DNA from: Podarcis muralis
Taxonomy: Eukaryota
Length of the DNA stretch: 64,000 bases
Reading direction: 5' to 3'
Assembly: GCF_964188315.1 (NCBI RefSeq)
Contig: NC_135666.1
Coordinates: 23,312,001 to 23,376,000, forward strand
The notes below the pieces were generated by a model. It was given only the letters and a program-made list of their open reading frames with translations, did not search any database and was not told the DNA's origin. The translations under genes were made by a program, and so were the position numbers. Within the stretch, counting starts at the first letter, position 1. Each line of letters starts with the position of its first letter. Positions 39,160 to 51,854 of the stretch are shown piece by piece.

Positions 39160-42100
39160 GAGCTCCTCTTTCAAGATTTATTGTAAATGCAACACAAGAG
39201 TGCAGATAATTGCTGCCTTGATAATCCATTGCTTTTTGTGTCTGTAACACAGCTATATTAATATTTTCATCAGGGTAGTGGCATGACTGGCAAAACAGTT
39301 TGGGGATCAAATAGTTGGTGAGGGGACTTACACTGTGCAGAAGCCTGATAAAACAATAGTACCAAAAGACTGTGCAAAATGGAATTAGGCAAAGACTACA
39401 CACAATGGAATTAATTTGGTGAATGTAGAGAGAAGTGGCTCAGGTTTGTAATGCTAACTTTCAAAGGACAAGTGGCACATCTTATGAGGACACACAGAGA
39501 GAGAGAGAGAGAGAAGAATAGTGACTAATAAGAGCTGTTGGATTTAGTTTTAATACTCAAGATAAATTTTAGTATACGAATTCTGGAATTTACTGTGTTA
39601 AACAGAGATGGAATTGCACATTGTCAGTACACTATGCAGGAGTCTTTGTCTGCTGGCATCTAAGAATGAGCAGTATGTGAGGCCTTTGTTTAAAATGCTA
39701 CAGTACACTCGCTGAATGTGTTTAGGAAAATTAGTGTTTTTTCTTTTCCTTTCTTTCTTCCCATAGGGCTCAATTTGTCTTTTATTTATAGATTTGTTTT
39801 TAAGTAGTGAAAGCTTTAGACAGTTCAGTTTTTTTTTAAAAAAAAAAAGAAGGCTGAATTCTTGGAATGTATCAAACGAAGACTTGTTTGTGACTAGATT
39901 TCCAATTAATGTGTAGGCAAAACTGAAACTGCCAGTTAATGGGCACCAACGAAAATCCTGTAGCCCTCTTTCCGAACAATTAATTTTGTTTGCCTACTTT
40001 CCAACAGAAATAGCAGGAATAAATAGGTTTTAAAGGGGGGGGGAGGTAGGAAGCTTTAGATTAATTTATTAGGCTTTTGGATGGAAAACTTATTTGCCCC
40101 TCACCACACCTTTTTTGTGTGTTTACAGTAAGTTTTATTAACAGCCACAGACAATTCCGATTTCTCTGCATAACGTATCAGGAAAAAAGGCAAGAGCTCT
40201 AACTAGTATATATGAAAAATCCTGATACAGTAAAACCAAACACCTCCGTTTTGGAACGTTTCGGCTCCCGAACGGCAAAAACTCGGAAGTAAGTGTTCTG
40301 GTTTTCGAACGTTTTTTGGAAGCTGAACGTCCCATGCGGCTTCCATTTGAGTGCAGGAAGTTCCTGCAGCCAACTGGAAGCCACGCCCCAGTTGTCAAAT
40401 ATTTTGGAAGCCAAATGAGCTTCTGGAATGGATTATGTTTGACAACCAAGGTTTGACCCCACTGGAGTGTGGGACACGGGTGGCGCTGTGGGTTAAACCA
40501 CAGAGCCTAGGACTTGCCGATCAGAAGGTCTGCAGTTCGAATCCCCGCGACAGAGTGAGCTCCCATTGCTTGGTCCCTGCTCCTGCCAACCTAGCAGTTC
40601 AAAAGCACGTCAAAGTGCAAGTAGATAAATAGGTACCGCTCCGGCGGGAAGGTAAACGGCGTTTCCGTGCGCTGCTCTGATTCGCCAGAAGCGGCTTAGT
40701 CATGCTGGCCACATGATCCGGAAGCTGTACGCCGGCTCCCTCAGCCAATAAAGCGAGATGAGCGCCGCAACCCCAGAGTTGATCATGACTGGACCTAATG
40801 GTCAGGGGTCCCTTTACCTTACTAAAACCCTGGAGAGCTGCTGCCAGTCAGTGTAGACAGTACTGAGCTAGGTGGACCAGTGGTCTGACTTGGTATAAGG
40901 CAGCTTCCTTGAGGTATGTGAGTTGTGAAGAGCACACAATGTGTCATTTATCACTTCTCTCCCTGAGGGAGCAGGGTGCCTGTCAAGGATTAGATGTGCC
41001 AACAGGGTTTCCTTCCTCCTTATCTCCTCCAGCTGTGCGCCTGCTGTTTTCTTATCCTGCCAGCTGCCAGCGTATTTAAACCTTAAATTAGAATACCTGT
41101 TTTATTCACCACTTTCCAGTCCAATGCCATCATTTATTTTAATATATTTACCTTCTAGCCTTTGCATGTTTGGTAGTTGGGTATTATCACTGGTCCAAGG
41201 AGACTAGGGGTACTTACTTTAAAAAATTGAACAAATATACTTATGATTTATGAAATATTAATATAACGGTATGTTTACTTTCAGGTAAGTTCCATAATAA
41301 AGCTGGGTTTAATATCTGACACAAAATATTACTGTTATGAGTCTTACAGCTATTTTAAATCGATGGTACTTGAACATTAGTGTTACTTGTGGTTTAAAAA
41401 GACAGCAAAGTGTTTGCTCATGTTCTTTTCCCTGTACGGTGACCAGAGACAAGTTATACTCCCTAAGCCCTACTCTGTTTAATTCTCAAACCTATTAAGA
41501 GAACATTCCTTGTGTGAACTTAATTTGATAAATAGAAACTATAATCATAGTTTAATGGAAAGCCATCTCTTTCATCAGTCTGGGAATATAGAATATATAG
41601 TCCTGCGAGGTAGCATAGTACAGCAAATATGGTTTGAAAAAGAAACACCTATATTGTAGAACATTCCTGTTTTTAAAAGAGAGCATTAAAATGTGTTTGT
41701 TTCATTTGCCCTATGTTTTTTCACCTGGAAGAAAAGTCAAGTTGAGTGAAATTCAAAATAGTTGCTATCTTTGGATATGAAGAAAAGGCTTATTTCACTC
41801 CATATTTATGTAACAAATGTAGTGTTTTATATGTCCCATGAGATTAACCCCCAGTCTGTTTCTATACTATTATAGATGTTGCTAGCAACCTGAAAAGCTG
41901 TTTGATTACAGCTAAGAAGTGTCTCCAGATATGGTTAACTTTGTTCATTGTATTCTTCTAAATACATTTCCATTTAATGTTGAAGTCACTAAACTAGGTA
42001 TTTGCAGAACTCCAAAAAATAATAATAATTGTATAAATTGTTAACTTTTGCACTTAAGAATTTGACTTATTCTGCTGTAAAAAAAAGAGTACTTTTTATT

Positions 42101-45100
42101 TTTTTTTAAATCCTTTATGGCATTGTACCATGCAAGTAAAGTCAATACCATCCCTCCTCCAATACCTATATTCATGTCATTGTATTCTCAATAGTAATAC
42201 AAGTCTAGGTGTCTTCTGCTTGGGAGAGTTCGGACTTTGCACTAAACCATAGTTTAGTGTGATGAGAATTATTCTCAGGGAGCTCCCAGCTCATGAGCTT
42301 CCCTGTTAGAAGCTTTTGCTTCTGTTTTCCATTAACTACAGTCTAGCATTCCATTTGCATCTAAACTATGGTTGATGTTAACAGTGGGTCTCTGGAAACA
42401 ACAGGGGAAGAAGAAGCTCCAAGGTTTAGCACGGTTTCTAAATGTAAGCACTGAAATAAAGCAGAGAAAAATTTTGCAGAGTTAGGTAGGTAACTTCTAT
42501 TTGGTAGAAATGGAAGTAACTGCTGGGTCATAGGCATGGACTGAAATCCAGAGAGGAATGCATACAGAAAAAGGATCTATCACTTGGGGTGCTGCTCCCT
42601 GACTTTCAGGAAGGTTGGGGAGATACTACTAGGAGGAGTTGATAAGCCCCTATGAACCTGCTGAATATGGTGTTGTGGATCTAGGTCCTTTTCTGGTTCC
42701 TCATAAATGGTTGGGTGTAATTCTTCCTTCCATTAAATGAAATAACAGAAGTTTTAAACACATCCTCCCCCCCCCAAAAAAGAACACAACCCAAAAAGTA
42801 TTTTTGATGCATACTGTTTTTATATCTGCTAGCTGAACGGGGCATGATATCTATTTTGATAGCTCCCATATATCTGCAGGTGGCAGGCTCCAAGGCGGAC
42901 ATCCTTTTTTGTGAGGGAATGCTGAGATCTTAGAAGTGAAAGTACATAGTTTCTACCTGCTGGAAGTGAACTGTGTAATCATGAGGTGCAGATTTGAGGT
43001 GAGAACTAGTAGAGAAGGGAATTGCTAGGTTATGTGAATTCTGACTGTTTGTGAGAGACGAGGATTAGTGAAACACTTTGAAGAGATTCCTAACTAAATG
43101 GGGGGGAAAATGTGTGATCACCTTTCATATCTGTGTGGAAGAGCCTTTTCAAATTCTGCAGTTACCCTATAGCATGGCCCACCAACAGTTAAGGAATGTG
43201 GGCGTTCTAGAATTATTATTTCTAATTGTTTGCATTGTGGTATAACTTTTCTCATTAAATCCATATGTCTGGATCTTTGTTACTTCTGTGTATCTCTGCA
43301 ACAAATAACCAGTATGTGTCAAGTTCTAATATTATTTTTTTTCCCCTAGTTTATAGTGGAGTGTCATGGCAACACACTACTTCCTCAGTTTTTGGGAATG
43401 TACCGGCTTACTGTTGACGGAGTTGAAGTATATATGATTGTTACAAGGAATGTATTCAGCCACCGTTTATCTGTTTATAGAAAATATGATTTAAAGGTGA
43501 GCACTGAGCGGCTTCTGTTATGAATATTGCAGTAGCTGCCTTGATAGTCCCCTCCCCCCTAAATGGTACAAAATTCTGTGGGTTCTTAGAGGCTATCAGT
43601 AGCAGTACACCAGAAAGTGTCTAGGAAACTCTTTCGTTAAGCTATTATTATTGAAATAGTTTGCGGCTTATCTAACGCCCAAACCTTTTATGGAAGTAAG
43701 AGAACGTTGAGTTGTATTGTGTGCTGTAAAGGAAGTGGCTTAGCAGAAGTATGCTCGCTAAAAGTGGATAAGTGCTAATGGTTGCAGTGAAAACCATTTG
43801 AGGGGTAAAAAAATAAAAATAGCTGAAGCAGCTCTCATGTCCTTAATGGATTCTGTAGACTGTTACAAATCAGTCTGCATGCAGATTTTTTTAAAAATAA
43901 ATAAATTAATAGAACCATTTTAATGGAGTTAGGAAGAATGTGTTAAAAGTTGAGCCAATATTTGTAGATTCAAAAACCCTAGTAAGCAACTTCTATTTTC
44001 TGTTACCATGACCAAATATATTAGGCTGCAGTCCCACTTAGCAAGGGAGTAAGCCCCAATGTACTTAATGGGGTTTCTGAGTAGACAAATATAGGATTGC
44101 ACTGTTGGTTTGTTTAAAGCTGTCAAACTGGCTCAGATTAGCTTATTCATATCCTGTCTTGTTTCCTTAGCAAGGAACGTGGCGAGCTGAAAAAAAATAT
44201 GTTTCAATTGGAAACTGGCCTCTCAGGAAGACTGACTGACCTCCAGTGCACTTTATTTTAACCAGCTGATACATGCTGTTTTAGCAAAAGAAACTGGTGT
44301 ATACCTTCCCATATGATTTGCACCTTTGCATTTGCTTACATACTGAAATGTAACTATAGGGTGGCCTTGAGAGCTCAAAATCCAGAATGCAAACAATCTA
44401 CGTTCTCTTGGCTTAAATAGACGTGTTTTCTGGCCTAGCTTATTTTGAATGACAACATAATTCTTTCACCCCCTTTTGGCTGTAGCATACCCAATGCCTT
44501 CTCCCTTACGTTAGTATAAATGGTTTTCTGGAGACAACAAAATTACGGCCTGTCAGTTCTGCTACCTGCCAAGAGTGGCATGCAGCTAACATTAATACTC
44601 CCAAACATCAGGCCTCCTCGGTTCCTACAAATTCAATTATATGTACATTGTACACCAATTCAAAATTTTAAACTTGTCTCACTAGCTGCAAAAGTTGGTA
44701 TTTGGCAGGGCTGATATGCTCATCAATTGACAAGTCCAATCATAGATTCATAAAATTGCAGAGTTGGAAGGGACTTCAAGGGGTCATCTGTTGCAACAAC
44801 CTGCAATGCAGGAATCTCAACTACAGCATCCGTGACAGATGGCCATCCAAACTCTGCTTAAAAACCTCCAGTGAATGAGAGTCCACAACCTCCCAAGGGA
44901 GACCATTCCCCTGTCAAACAGCTCAAATTAAAGATGGTCAGCTTCCTGTTACCTTTTTTTCATGGTGTCATCTGGCAAGAGCTCTATGTTGCAATTGGGC
45001 GTTCTGTCCTCAAAGCTTTGGTCACTATATCCCTGTTTTTAAAATTGCAGACCTTTCCAAATGGAAACACATCAGGGATCGAGGCCTCTGCTTAGCCTAC

Positions 45101-48100
45101 TGCTATGCCAGAATGTTTTAATTGCTTTTGAATGCCTTATGAGGAACGGCTAAGGGAGCTGGGCATGTTTAGCCTGGAGAAGAGGAGGTTAAGGGGTGAT
45201 ATGATAGCCATGTTCAAATATATAAAAGGATGTCATATAGAGGAGGGAGAAAGGTTGTTTTCTGCTGCTCCAGAGAAGCGGACACGGAGCAATGGATCCA
45301 AACTACAAGAAAGAAGATTCCACCTAAACATTAGGAAGAACTCCCTGACAGTAAGAGCTGTTCGACAGTGGAATTTGCTGCCAAGGAGTGTGGTGGAGTC
45401 TCCTTCTTTGGAGGTCTTTAAGCAGAGGCTTGACAACCATATGTCAGGAGTGCTCTGATGGTGTTTCCTGCCTGGCAGGGGGTTGAACTCGATGGCCCTT
45501 GTGGTCTCTTCCAACTCTATGATTCTATGATTCTATGAATGTTGCATATACTGTAATCTGGGTGTGTGTAACTTTGCATCAGGGCTATGGTGAAAAACCT
45601 TACTGTGAATCTACTGGAGGAATTCTGCATAAAAGAACACCTATGCCCTTCAGTTTTACCCCAGTAGCAACTTAAATACAGTATTTCTGTTTCAGGGGTC
45701 TACAGTTGCAAGAGAAGCCAGCGACAAGGAAAAGGTATGGCAAAGGTTATGTTTCCTTAAGTTGCCTAACTTCAGCTTTTAAGAAAGGGGGAAAGAGTGA
45801 TAACCATGCACCATGATTCTGCCATCACTCTGCCTGTAAATAACAGATGCTGGTTTCAAAATAATTACAAACGTTTATTTATACAAGAAGAAGCATAGGA
45901 AATCAGACAGCATACACACATTCTGAATTTCAAGCATTAAAAAAACACCAACCATACAGTACTATTAAAATACATACAGTATTGTTGAGTTAAAATGATC
46001 TTAGTAGTCATTTCTAGGCTACTGCTTGGAGAAGCAGATCTGATTGGTTACCAATTTGCTTCTGGGCATAATTCAGAGTTTGGCCTCAAAGAAAAGTGGT
46101 GGTTGGGTATTTGCATGCCATCCCCCTCTGCCACTGGTGTATTTTCTGCAGCAGTGCATAGGTGCTAATGGGGAATTTTATGTCTCGAGTCAGTTGGTGC
46201 CCCAAAATCTGGATTAGGGTTTCTGGCAGTGTGTGTAGACTCACATCACCAGGCCTGAAATGCTCATCTTACCTTGCTGTGCTGCCTTTTTCTCTTCTCC
46301 TTTGCCAATGCATCTTCACCTTCCTTTACTGCTTCCTCTGCCTTTGTGTAAAGGACCAATTTACACATATCCCTGTATAGAAGTGTGAAGAAATAAGCAT
46401 GTGCTGCCCTCTACCCAGTTCACCCTTCCAGAAGTTTTAGCTAAAAATACCTTGCACAAAAATGCTTTGTCTTTGTTACAGTGACCTGGTTCACATAAAC
46501 ATTGGCTACAGCTTGTGGTTCAGTGAGGAGAGCTTCACCACAAAGCCATTTTTGGCTGAAACACTAAGCCAAATCTGGGCTTAGCTCAGCACAGTATGGG
46601 AATAAAAAAAGGGCTTAGGAGGAGCAAAGCAGTGAACCAGGCCACTGAAGCTTCACATTAACTTGTATGTATGTCTTACATTGGCATACCTAGAGAACAA
46701 GTTGGAAAGCTACGTAGCATGCCCTTAACTTTTTGAATAACCTTGGGCATAGCACAGCTATTCAATCCAACATGCTTTAGCCAGATATCTCTTAGGGCAG
46801 GGGTCAGCAAACTTTTTCCACTGTCCATCAGACCTTGTGGGGGGTTGGACTATATTTTGAGAGAGAAAAAGAATGGATTCCTATGCCCCACAAATAACCC
46901 AGAGATGCATTTTAAATAAAAGGACACATTCTACTCATGTAAAAACATGCTGATTCCTGAACCGCCTGCAGGCCAGATTTAGAAGGCGACTGGGCCGGAT
47001 CCGGCCCCCAGGCCTTAGTTTGCCTACCCATGTCTTAGGGCAGCGGTTCTCAACCTGTGGGTCCCCAGATGTTGTTGGACTACAACTCCCATCATCCCTG
47101 AGCTCTGGCCTTGCTAGCTAGGGGTGATGGGGGTTGTAGTTCAGCAACATCTGGGGACCCACAAGCTTCTGAGATCAGGGGTGGAAATGTGGCTTCTCCC
47201 AGTGATGTGTGTGGTGGCAGTGGTGAGGAAGCACATGATTCATGGCCAGATTTAGGCTTGATGAGGCCTTAAGTTACTGAAGGTAATGGGGCTCTTTATA
47301 TAGCAGGCGGGGCCCATTACTTACGTCATAGGAGCCTACACAACACAAAACGCTATTGCTGTATGTAGGTTTTATTTTATTTCTTTTTTATCTTTTGGAA
47401 ATCCAGGTTTTTTCCTTTAAATTTTTTGTGGGCCCCCAAAAGAGTGGGGCCCTAAGCTATAGCTTGTTTAGCTTATACGCAAATCTGGCACTGCCATATA
47501 CCATAGTTAATTGGGGAGCAGAGTATCAGAATTAGGCCCTTTGGATGTGCAGCATTTGTGGGGCGTTTTGATGGGGAGTGCAGCTGAGGCCCGCACCTAT
47601 TTCTTGTGCTAGACTTCTGACAAAACAGATGTGTGTGCAACGACTCTTGACAAGGTGAAGGCTGGTCTTGCAGATGAGCAACACGTTTCCTTTTTTACTG
47701 TAAATACTCTAAAACGGCTTAACTTAATCAAATCGGTCATAAAAGCAAACAAGGTCTCAATTAAATGGGAACAATGCTCTGTTCCTTACATTACTTGTGT
47801 GCACTGGAGCCGTAGCTCATTTGTGCCCCCTTGTGGCTATTCACATTTTGAATAGCTCTGAAATACTCCCCTGCGCTTTTGATCAGGAAATTCCTTGTTT
47901 TCATTGCTTGTTTCACTGGGCTCATTGTTTTGAAACGGTTTTTATGTGCCAGCTTTCTCTTGTCCGTTTCAGGCCAAAGAACTGCCGACATTCAAAGACA
48001 ACGACTTCATCAACGATGGCCAGAAGATTTATATTGATGAAACGAACAAAAAGATGTTCCTTGAAAAGCTTAAAAAGGATGTTGAGGTAAGGGGTTGCTT

Positions 48101-51100
48101 GCCTGGTCAGCTCTGAAGCTCACCACACTTAGCAAAAGCCATAGTGACTATTGTACTGAGACCTCCTAAGCAGCTTTATCCCACCAATTCAATATTGCAA
48201 AATGCTGCAAATAAATGTTATAGTGACCTGTAAATTATTTGTCCTCCCGATTGTAACTGTGATTTTGCTGGTGTTTTTTCATGAGAGCAATATGTTACGG
48301 AGGGCACCCAGTGCACCTGCCAGTACTTGTCATGGTACCCACAAAAGCTATCAATGGAAATTCCTGATACAGGTGCCTCCCCCCCCCCTTGATGGGGGGG
48401 CATGCCTGCACCATTTTGTGATTCTGTCTCTCTTTCTGCTCTCTTAGATGTGGCAGCCATTGCAAGAAAGCCCCACAGCAGTCATTTTATGGTGTGCCAT
48501 GACACTGCAGCGCCATTTCATGACTGGTGCTCATGGCACTTTCTCAAAGTTCAAAATGCATCCACTGGGTCAAAAAGGTTGGAAACCCCTGAAACGAGGA
48601 GATAAAGGGGGATTAGAGCCATGGTCTATTTACAGGAGGAATGCTGAGGCTGGGGCAGGCTACTACTTCCCTTAAGCTGGTGGTGTAAACCAGCATCGGG
48701 GGGGAAAGCACAATGTTGCTTCTGTTGCTTTTAATATTCATGGCACTGCATCTTGAACTGTTAAAATGCTCCGTAAACACTTGATGTGCCTCTGAAATAT
48801 GAGCAAAATTGCATTTTCTGCTATTTTAAGTATGACAGATTCTTGGAAGGTCAGTCATGTAATTGTGTTTGGAGTGGCTTCTATGGCATTGATTAGAATT
48901 CATATTGAAGGATCATTAAATTGTGTATGTAGGCAATTATTGTGTAGTGGTTTGGCATGCCACGGTGATAATGGAAAACTAGAATTGAATCTTGGTTTTT
49001 ATCTTTCACATTCCTATTTTTTGGGGGTGAGGGCATGCTAAGAGCAGTAGCTGTGCTCACAAAATACTTAAATTTACCCCAATATATTTAGCTGAATGTA
49101 ATTAAGTTTCAAATCAGTTTTAATCTTTGATTTATGTTTATAGCAGGGACTCTCTGGATCATAGCTTTGCTTCCTTAGAGTCCAGTTCTTCTGGAAACGC
49201 TGCACTCAGCTTCTGAGTTTGCTTGATTATTCAGTGTGGCTTTTCAGTCGCATGCAGCTGGGATGGGGCTAAGATGCTCAACAAGCCTTCATGGCAGCCA
49301 TCTAATGTATATCAAATTATTGCACTGCTGCAGTCTTGTCTTTAAGACCAATCTTCAGGATCAAACTAGTTGCAACATGGCAAACTGAAAGGGAGGGTTG
49401 ATTCAAATCAGGACAGTGGCAGGAGCAAAGGGTTAAAAGCCCCCTTCTGCATCCCCTCATCTTACCTATTAGTTTTGGGGTTTTTTTAAGTAAATCAAGC
49501 AATGCACATTACATAGACTGAGGATGTACTCGCTACACTGACCGGCCAAATATGTTTTCCTTGCAGCTAGCATTCTTTTATTGAAAGTTGTCATGTAACA
49601 AAGCATTTCTTAAAGCAACATAAATTTGGGTCTTCTGCCTTGCTTCACCAGTTCAATTTTGCCCCCACCCAGTCACTGTTCATGCACATGGTCCAGGTGG
49701 AATGTACTCTTGGAGCGGGATATACAGTGGTACCTCGGGTTAAGTACTTAATTCGTTCCAGAGGTCCATTCTTAACCTGCAACTGTTCTTAACCTGAAGC
49801 ACCACTTTAGCTAATGGGGCCTCCTGCTGCTGCCGCGCCGCCAGAGCATGATTTCTGTTCTCATCCTGAAGCAAAGTTCTTAACCTGAGGTACTATTTCT
49901 GGGTTAGCGGAAACCCGTATGTAACCCGAGGTACCACTGTATAGGCTTTGAGTGCATGATCTAGTTGCAGGGTACAGATCATGTGTTCAGAGCCTTAGGC
50001 ACACTAGGATGCAGTTTTGCAGACTCCTGTATAGAAGCTGTGGTCACTGTATGGCATTCCTCTCCCTTGTGTACATACGCAAACAGCGGGATCATTGGAG
50101 CTGGTGGGAAATGAAGCCATGTGTCTCACTGACATTTAGGTACAAATACATTAGTTCCATACTATTTTGCTTTTAAACAATGGTTAGTGAATTCTGCAAG
50201 TTTCAGACATGGTGATTACAAGAAGTTTCCTACCAGATAATATCCAAGTCCTGTCAGCCAGAGGATTCAGTATCCCACAGAGACAAACCAATAGCCTGCT
50301 GAAAAGCCTACAAAAGGCATGGAGGAAAGTCTTCCCCACTGCTCTGACCCATCATACTGCTTCTGGATAGGAAGGTTCCATTTAGCCATGAACTGATGGA
50401 TGGATTTTACCTGAGCTAGTGCCCATCCATACACTCATTCTGTCACTAAATTGTGAGTTGTGTGAAGAATTCATTTCCTTTCGTCTGTCAGTCAATCTGC
50501 TGCCAGTCAATTTCATTGGCTGGTTTCCTAGTTCTAGCAATATGTAAGAGGTAGAAAGTTCTCTTAAGCAACGTTCTGCTCAACTTCACAAAGCAAACAA
50601 TAAATCCTCAAATCCAAATTATAGCTAGGGAAACTGTCGTGTTTCTCCTTTCGTGCCATGCATAAAATGTAGCAGACTTGAAGAATCCCGCTTGTTTTCC
50701 ATTGAAGCTTCCTATTTTGGCTTTCACTCAAGTAAGCCTGTTGCAGTAGAAAATAACATTTTCTGCAGAAAAGTTACCTTTCCCCACCCCCACCCAACTG
50801 GATCTTGGGATTTTCTACCCCTTGGTAACTGACCTTCTTTTATTGTTGCCTTCAAAGTTCCTTGCTCAGTTGAAACTCATGGACTACAGCTTGCTGGTTG
50901 GAATTCATGATGTTGAGAGAGCAGAACAGGAGGAGGTTGAATACGAAGAGAACGATGAAGAGGAAGGAGAAAGCGATGGGGCTCATCCTGTTGGAACGCC
51001 TCCAGATAGCCCAGGAAATACACTCAACAGCTTGCAGCCTTTAGCTCCAGGAGAATTCGATCCAACCATTGATGTCTATGGAATAAAATGCCATGAAAGT

Positions 51101-51806
51101 AAGTATATTTAGACATGGGGGATATTTCAATTCTTGCATCAGTCTCCGAGTCTCTAGAAGGAAAGAAAACTCCACCAAGGCCAAAAAGCATGATACCCAA
51201 TTATCAATTGCTCATCTATAGTAGGATTTTAAAAACTTTTTGGAGGGGGGTAAGGAATCTTCAATGCATGGCTCTGATTTTAACATGTCATTATTGTCTG
51301 TATTATTCAGTATTTTCTGAATACAGTAAAAGCCAGTTCACTTATAAATGACTACAATACTGCATTAGCCAGCTATATTGCTAAATGCTACAGAAAGATA
51401 GAGATTCTGAGCTGATGTCTTGAATAACTTCTTTTTGCTTTCATTTGAAAGTCTACTGACTGCACAGACATTGGACAGTTATTTACAATGGCAAATACAC
51501 CTTGCTTGACAAAAGAAACAGGTGATTGTTTTGGCATGTTCCAAAGGTTCTCTGTTTAGATTTTTACATTGTGCTGTGGGCAATATAACTACCAAAGCTG
51601 ATTCAGAACAACAATTAAAACATTTTAAACAAGTTGAAATCTTACTACACACTTAAAATCCCCATCAAACAACCTGCAGCACTTAACTACAAATAAAATT
51701 GCAAAGTGTGGGAGTGAGAATTCAGCCAAAGGACTGGGTGAAAAGATGAGGTTTTAAGTGGTGGCAAAAACTCATCATGGTACTACAGATTTTTTCTTCT
51801 GGTCTA

Positions 51807-51854
<48 letters not shown>

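Noticed and set aside
40111-40133. TTTTTTGTGTGTTTACAGTAAGT as a recursive splice site
   Set aside because: Acceptor and donor share one G (CAGTAAGT rather than CAG|GTAAGT), so it cannot regenerate a donor
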